From Octopus vulgaris (Eukaryota), in the NCBI GenBank assembly GCA_951406725.2, contig OX597827.1, forward strand, positions 71,114,001 to 71,178,000: 64,000 nucleotides of DNA. The letters run 5' to 3'. Numbering within the stretch: position 1 is the stretch's first letter; each line of letters begins with the position of its first letter. The notes below the pieces were generated by a model. It was not told where the DNA came from and searched no databases. It saw only the letters and a list, made by a program, of their open reading frames with translations. A program made the translations under genes and the position numbers. Of the stretch, positions 62,780-64,000 are shown in pieces.

Positions 62780-63118
62780 TGCCTCAACAAGCATGGAAAA
62801 ATGGATATCAAAACAGTGATTACAGAATGCTTCTGAAGAATGTCATACTTCTTTAGTAACATGGTGGGAGATGTTGATAGCCACGTTTCAACACTATTAC
62901 ACCTTGGGTACATTACTTTTGGGTCTGTCTTCATTAATTATATACATTTGAACTCTCATTTGTCTTGATTTGTCTTTGGTAATTTTAATCGGTTTAATCT
63001 CTATCTTCAGCCATCCTGACACAATATTTCCATCTATTATTTGCTGGTCTCGGTGGAACTCCAGTTTTTATCTGTGCCTCCCTGCAGTCCTTATCCTGCG
63101 TCATTTTTGATTTCAAAG
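9457..63118 (+). CDS. RRP12: RRP12-like protein (HEAT-repeat ribosome biogenesis factor), spliced, 24 coding exons in window, 3' end beyond window
   Basis: Exons join in frame via GT-AG introns into ~928 codons with recognisable RRP12 segments: [108 protein letters not shown]. Confidence 0.96.
11160..11912. mobile_element. SINE family B cluster (minus copies 11160-11550, plus copy 11685-11912)
   Basis: Family matches in opposite orientations. Confidence 0.8.
12760..12959 (+). CDS. RRP12: RRP12 exon 2
   Basis: ctgcag| [14 protein letters not shown]...[30 protein letters not shown] |gtaaga. Confidence 0.92.
12960..13337 (+). CDS. Candidate alternative terminal extension of RRP12 exon 2 encoding an acidic D/E/G/S-rich tail
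   Basis: Exon 2 frame stays open for 125 codons past the donor to TAA 13335-13337; AATAAA at 13930. Confidence 0.4.
   Translation, partial: VRCSVFSTIYVNIGPHFGGNVDDDDWTIGGFGDTIGEGDAFGGDAGNNGSADNGDNEEDDDDDDDDSSGDEDDDEEEEDDDEEEEESDSDNSILILDSGDEYLASEAESYSNDVVSESEAEMSDG
14067..14299. mobile_element. MITE with ~65-bp TIRs and 9-bp TSD (Mutator-like)
   Basis: CCTTCTTTC at 14058-14066 and 14300-14308; TIR core GCTAGTCGTGACTAGTCGATCCT / AGGATCGACTAGTCACGACTAGC. Confidence 0.8.
14645..15670. mobile_element. Divergent pair of SINE family A copies (14645-15012 minus, 15297-15670 plus)
   Basis: Family matches. Confidence 0.82.
16817..17115 (+). mobile_element. Non-autonomous Helitron (same body as 8550-9044)
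   Basis: TCTTTATATATATAAAA start; CCCGAGCAATGCCGGGCGATACTG end. Confidence 0.8.
17125..17603 (+). mobile_element. RTE-like LINE 3' end with UTR (GGCGTTAGGAAGGGCATCC motif)
   Basis: WYG..M...[18 protein letters not shown] then the repeat tail seen many times in window. Confidence 0.8.
18775..19130 (-). mobile_element. mariner transposon 5' fragment (TIR + HTH)
   Basis: [43 protein letters not shown]; terminus ATTGGGTCATCCTGTAAG in a TA run. Confidence 0.85.
19461..19639. repeat. Foldback inverted repeat, Penelope-like
   Basis: ATTGAGATAAAGGAGGCAGTCAGAATTTTAGATAATTCTTTATTA mirrored at ~19595-19639; inner TCTTCAAGAC/GTCTTGAAGA. Confidence 0.75.
19685..20097 (-). mobile_element. Non-autonomous Helitron, second family
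   Basis: Minus strand A|TCTATAATATAAA ... CCAGGTGAAACTGGGCTTAGCTGCTAG|T. Confidence 0.75.
20305..20692 (-). mobile_element. SINE family A
   Basis: Full family match. Confidence 0.85.
21505..21750 (+). mobile_element. RTE-clade LINE extreme 3' fragment
   Basis: [37 protein letters not shown]. Confidence 0.75.
21790..22205 (-). mobile_element. RTE-tail repeat with (GAT)n end
   Basis: (CAT)n..TTTCCATGCTGGCATGGGTTGGACGG..GGATGCCCTTCCTAA; similar copies near 18.2, 24.5, 26.5, 27.9, 28.9, 29.5, 32.5, 40.9, 43.3, 44.7, 50.6, 52.0, 54.5, 60.6, 62.6 kb. Confidence 0.8.
22485..23435. mobile_element. Convergent SINE family A pair (22485-22875 plus, 23145-23435 minus)
   Basis: Family matches. Confidence 0.8.
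24795..25058. mobile_element. hAT-type MITE
   Basis: TAGTGGTTCCCAAA / TTTGGGAACCAATG TIRs, imperfect 8-bp TSD. Confidence 0.65.
25659..26045 (+). mobile_element. SINE family A, full length
   Basis: Intact head to tail. Confidence 0.88.
26808..28600 (-). mobile_element. Decayed Tc1/mariner (maT/DD37D-like) transposase with two nested insertions
   Basis: [78 protein letters not shown]. Confidence 0.8.
26926..27495 (-). mobile_element. Trimeric SINE family B with 13-bp TSD
   Basis: CCTTCTTCATCTT at 26913-26925 and 27496-27508. Confidence 0.9.
30132..30527 (+). mobile_element. Non-autonomous Helitron (same body as 61858-62247)
   Basis: A|TC start, CCCGAGCACCGCCGGGCGATACTGCTAG|T end. Confidence 0.82.
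30718..31217 (+). mobile_element. CR1-clade LINE 3' end
   Basis: [58 protein letters not shown]; TTAAC tail. Confidence 0.9.
31219..31541 (+). mobile_element. Helentron-associated (HINE/DINE-like) non-autonomous element
   Basis: GCCTT..GAAGGTGGAGGT start, GTTT repeats, GGTGGAAGTTTGCAATCTCTGACTGC end. Confidence 0.5.
32218..32301 (+). CDS. RRP12: RRP12 exon 3
   Basis: gacag| [28 protein letters not shown] |gtaagt. Confidence 0.96.
33014..33500. mobile_element. SINE family B with an antisense copy nested in it
   Basis: 16-bp duplication CGATTAAATAAGTACC at 33136-33151 and 33388-33403. Confidence 0.88.
33663..33739 (+). CDS. RRP12: RRP12 exon 4
   Basis: ttccag| [25 protein letters not shown](K) |gtaaga, phase 2. 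Confidence 0.92.
33861..34090. repeat. 230-bp near-perfect palindrome (Penelope-like inverted repeat)
   Basis: TCTGTAAATGTAATATGTGAC... mirrored by ...GTCACATATTACATTTACAGA; ~110-bp arms. Confidence 0.95.
34409..34484 (-). ncRNA. Minimal type I hammerhead ribozyme, intact core
   Basis: Minus strand GTCT CTGATGA [stem II TGGAATACTCAGTG..CACTTGAGTTATCCCA] GAAAC GGCC GTA AGAC. Confidence 0.75.
34547..34840 (+). mobile_element. Non-autonomous Helitron inserted at A|T
   Basis: TC...CTAG; empty site ACAGTTTA|TAAGG preserved in the opposite foldback arm. Confidence 0.9.
35055..35129 (+). ncRNA. Hammerhead ribozyme copy with G5A core change (probably inactive)
   Basis: GTCT CTAATGA ... GAAAC AGCT GTA AGAC. 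Confidence 0.6.
35744..35849 (+). CDS. RRP12: RRP12 exon 5
   Basis: tttag| [35 protein letters not shown] |gtaagt. Confidence 0.93.
36139..36255 (+). CDS. RRP12: RRP12 exon 6
   Basis: ttccag| [39 protein letters not shown] |gttagt. Confidence 0.93.
36367..36585 (-). mobile_element. CR1 LINE 3' end (same family as 30.7 kb)
   Basis: [40 protein letters not shown], shared UTR. Confidence 0.85.
37090..37268. mobile_element. hAT-type MITE with perfect 8-bp TSD, inside a SINE
   Basis: CCCTAACC on both sides; CAGTGCTTTTCAA / TTGAAAACCACTG. Confidence 0.88.
37411..37549 (+). CDS. RRP12: RRP12 exon 7
   Basis: ttacag| [16 protein letters not shown]...[19 protein letters not shown] |gtaagt. Confidence 0.94.
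38445..38979. mobile_element. Tandem pair of TTAA-flanked piggyBac-type MITEs
   Basis: TTAA-CCCTTT...AAAGGG-TTAA units 38445-38674 and 38698-38979. Confidence 0.82.
39073..39200 (+). CDS. RRP12: RRP12 exon 8
   Basis: caccag| [19 protein letters not shown]...[14 protein letters not shown] |gtaagt. Confidence 0.94.
39523..39770 (+). mobile_element. tRNA-derived SINE, third family (V-like)
   Basis: TGGCCTAGTGG A box, GGTTCAGTTCC B box, GTGTTCTTGAGCAAAACACTT; related minus copy at ~36925-37085. Confidence 0.65.
40005..40410 (+). mobile_element. SINE family A
   Basis: Full family match. Confidence 0.85.
40662..40760 (+). CDS. RRP12: RRP12 exon 9
   Basis: ttacag| [33 protein letters not shown] |gtaagt. 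Confidence 0.94.
41293..41551. mobile_element. hAT-type MITE
   Basis: RTCTAATG 8-bp TSD, CAGTG..-type TIRs. Confidence 0.65.
42237..42963. mobile_element. Inverted pair of piggyBac-type MITEs around a second TTAA MITE
   Basis: 42237-42464 and 42736-42963 are opposite-orientation copies. Confidence 0.82.
42991..43082 (+). CDS. RRP12: RRP12 exon 10
   Basis: ctgtag| [30 protein letters not shown](K) |gtaagt. Confidence 0.95.
44223..44334 (+). CDS. RRP12: RRP12 exon 11
   Basis: ttacag| [37 protein letters not shown] |gtaact. Confidence 0.93.
45166..45345 (+). CDS. RRP12: RRP12 exon 12
   Basis: ctgtag| NVFKECVS...[22 protein letters not shown] |gtaaga. Confidence 0.94.
45428..46500. mobile_element. 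Long-TIR non-autonomous DNA transposon containing a Helitron (45956-46329)
   Basis: GGATCT..CCTTTGAAYGGCAGATYGAGAAATTAATTTTTTGTAACTAA TIRs plus a second internal inverted block. Confidence 0.8.
46859..46894 (+). CDS. RRP12: RRP12 exon 13 (36-nt microexon)
   Basis: pyrimidine tract+gtcag| [12 protein letters not shown] |gtaagt; fills the expected gap between exons 12 and 14. Confidence 0.85.
47782..47924 (+). CDS. RRP12: RRP12 exon 14 (NUC173 region)
   Basis: gccag| [47 protein letters not shown] |gtaagt. Confidence 0.95.
48355..48548. repeat. 23-bp minisatellite, ~8 copies
   Basis: TTCTCACACTCCGTCTCCGCCCT unit. Confidence 0.92.
48597..48718 (+). CDS. RRP12: RRP12 exon 15
   Basis: ttgcag| [40 protein letters not shown] |gttagt. 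Confidence 0.95.
49245..49608 (-). mobile_element. SINE family A
   Basis: Family match. Confidence 0.85.
49841..50040. mobile_element. mariner-derived MITE
   Basis: TA-TGAGGGGGTGCTGAAAAGTT ... AACTTTTCAACACACCCTTC-TA. Confidence 0.7.
50370..50485 (+). CDS. RRP12: RRP12 exon 16
   Basis: ttccag| [38 protein letters not shown] |gtaaga. Confidence 0.95.
50957..51008 (-). ncRNA. Minimal hammerhead variant (CCGAUGA core) in Penelope-like remnant
   Basis: Minus strand GTCT CCGATGA AGGGATATT..AATATCCTA GAAAC AGCT GTA AGAC. Confidence 0.65.
51194..51890. mobile_element. hAT-type MITE with nested SINE family A (51345-51770)
   Basis: CAGTGGTTCCTAATC / GATCAAGAAACACTG TIRs. Confidence 0.7.
52361..52472 (+). 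CDS. RRP12: RRP12 exon 17
   Basis: tttcag| [37 protein letters not shown] |gtaagt. Confidence 0.95.
52885..53039 (+). CDS. RRP12: RRP12 exon 18
   Basis: ttccag| [23 protein letters not shown]...[14 protein letters not shown] |gtaggt. Confidence 0.96.
53511..53572 (+). CDS. RRP12: RRP12 exon 19
   Basis: ttacag| [20 protein letters not shown](R) |gtagct; phases match both neighbours. Confidence 0.85.
53654..53866 (-). mobile_element. SINE family B
   Basis: Family match; further copies near 18421, 47470, 59183. Confidence 0.82.
54996..55505. mobile_element. Tandem piggyBac-type MITE dimer with repeated spacer
   Basis: Units 54996-55225 and 55249-55478, each followed by GAATTGTTTCTCTATTATATATTTTAA. 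Confidence 0.85.
55873..55966 (+). CDS. RRP12: RRP12 exon 20
   Basis: cttcag| [31 protein letters not shown] |gtgagc. Confidence 0.9.
56235..56480 (+). mobile_element. Tc1 transposase fragment
   Basis: [56 protein letters not shown]. Confidence 0.88.
56717..56875 (+). CDS. RRP12: RRP12 exon 21
   Basis: tttcag| [18 protein letters not shown]...[15 protein letters not shown] |gtaagt. Confidence 0.95.
58728..58808 (+). CDS. RRP12: RRP12 exon 22
   Basis: cgtcag| [27 protein letters not shown] |gtaaga. Confidence 0.95.
59818..60090 (+). mobile_element. 3'-truncated non-autonomous Helitron (same body as 45956-46329)
   Basis: Near-identical 5' body; no CTAG end. Confidence 0.8.
61273..61387 (+). 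CDS. RRP12: RRP12 exon 23
   Basis: ctgcag| [38 protein letters not shown] |gtaagt. Confidence 0.94.
61458..61845 (-). mobile_element. maT/DD37D-like transposon 3' end
   Basis: TA-CAGGGTG terminus; [33 protein letters not shown]. Confidence 0.82.
61858..62247 (+). mobile_element. Non-autonomous Helitron
   Basis: Matches 30132-30527. Confidence 0.82.
63011..63118 (+). CDS. RRP12: RRP12 exon 24 (last in window)
   Basis: cttcag| [35 protein letters not shown] |gtaagt. Confidence 0.93.
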
Positions 63119-64000
63119 GTAAGTACTTGGAGACAAGAGTGGGGGGGAGAACAAAATAGTATGTTCTTGTTGTTAATGTTTAGCCTGAAGACAACCCTGC
63201 TAGAAATAGCAGTCGCTTGTGAGTGAATTTTGGGAGTCAAAAACTCTAAGAGACCCATCATGTGTTTGTGTTATTGTCTTCTTGTCCTTATGTCACATGA
63301 TGGCTCGTGAGTGAGTGGGTGGGTGGGTGACACTGTCATGCAACTGGGGTCGTTTATTTCCAGTCTTCCAACAAAACATGTTTGATCATGTGGAAATACT
63401 ACCTGACAGGAAAACAGGTGAGGGCTGCTGACCAGAAGGACATCCAGGTGTAGAAAATCTGGTTCGGCAATTTTCATCCAACCCATGCAAGCATGGAGAA
63501 GTGGACATTGAATGAAGATGACAATGATGATGATGATGGCCATGATCTCCTTCATACCACACTTAACTATCCTGAAAGACATGGACTGGATGGAGAATGT
63601 AGTCCAGAGTAAAGATATGATAGCCATGATATAAATGTTTCTATCATAGCTGTATGATAATTTCTGCTGTCTGAAAGCCATCGATTCTGCTTTTTCCTTC
63701 CTGTCGTGAAGACTGTTTGGAATGTTCCAGTGGTAAGATGGGTCATCCATTCATCCATGTGACACCACATGTAGCCCCATGCAGCACATCACTGCAACCA
63801 TTTCCTCCTTCTGTAGGTTCTGACTGCCTGTCTCCAGTACCACACTGGCAGACGTCTCTGTCAACTTATTACATGTGTGTGTGTGTGTGTCTGTGTGGAT
63901 TTAGTTCCTTATACACAAAATCGGCCTCAACAAATTCCATCTGACCCATGCAAACATGAATAAGTAGATGTTAAGTCTAGGATGATGGTGATTGTGATTA

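Noticed and set aside
63271-63750. 159-aa minus-strand ORF
   Set aside because: Overlaps decayed repeats; no homology or splice support

Overview
AT-rich, repeat-dense eukaryotic genomic DNA; the repeat families and microsatellites suggest an octopus or other coleoid cephalopod (inference). One host gene is present: RRP12 (HEAT-repeat ribosome biogenesis factor) on the + strand. I traced 24 GT-AG coding exons by hand from ATG 9457 to 63118 (2785 nt, about 928 codons, frame continuous); the gene runs past the window end. The rest is layered mobile DNA: a decayed Helitron RepHel and non-autonomous Helitrons, two abundant tRNA-derived SINE families, RTE and CR1 LINE 3' ends, Tc1/mariner/maT relics, piggyBac-, hAT- and Mutator-type MITEs, and Penelope-like foldbacks. 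Most notable: (1) minimal type I hammerhead ribozyme motifs in the introns, intact only antisense to RRP12, with a G5A core change in the sense copy; (2) an in-frame read-through of exon 2 into a strongly acidic 125-codon tail, a candidate short isoform; (3) long hairpins clustered around exon 4; (4) multimeric SINEs and MITE dimers that appear to move as composite units. Family names come from recalled motifs, not database searches.
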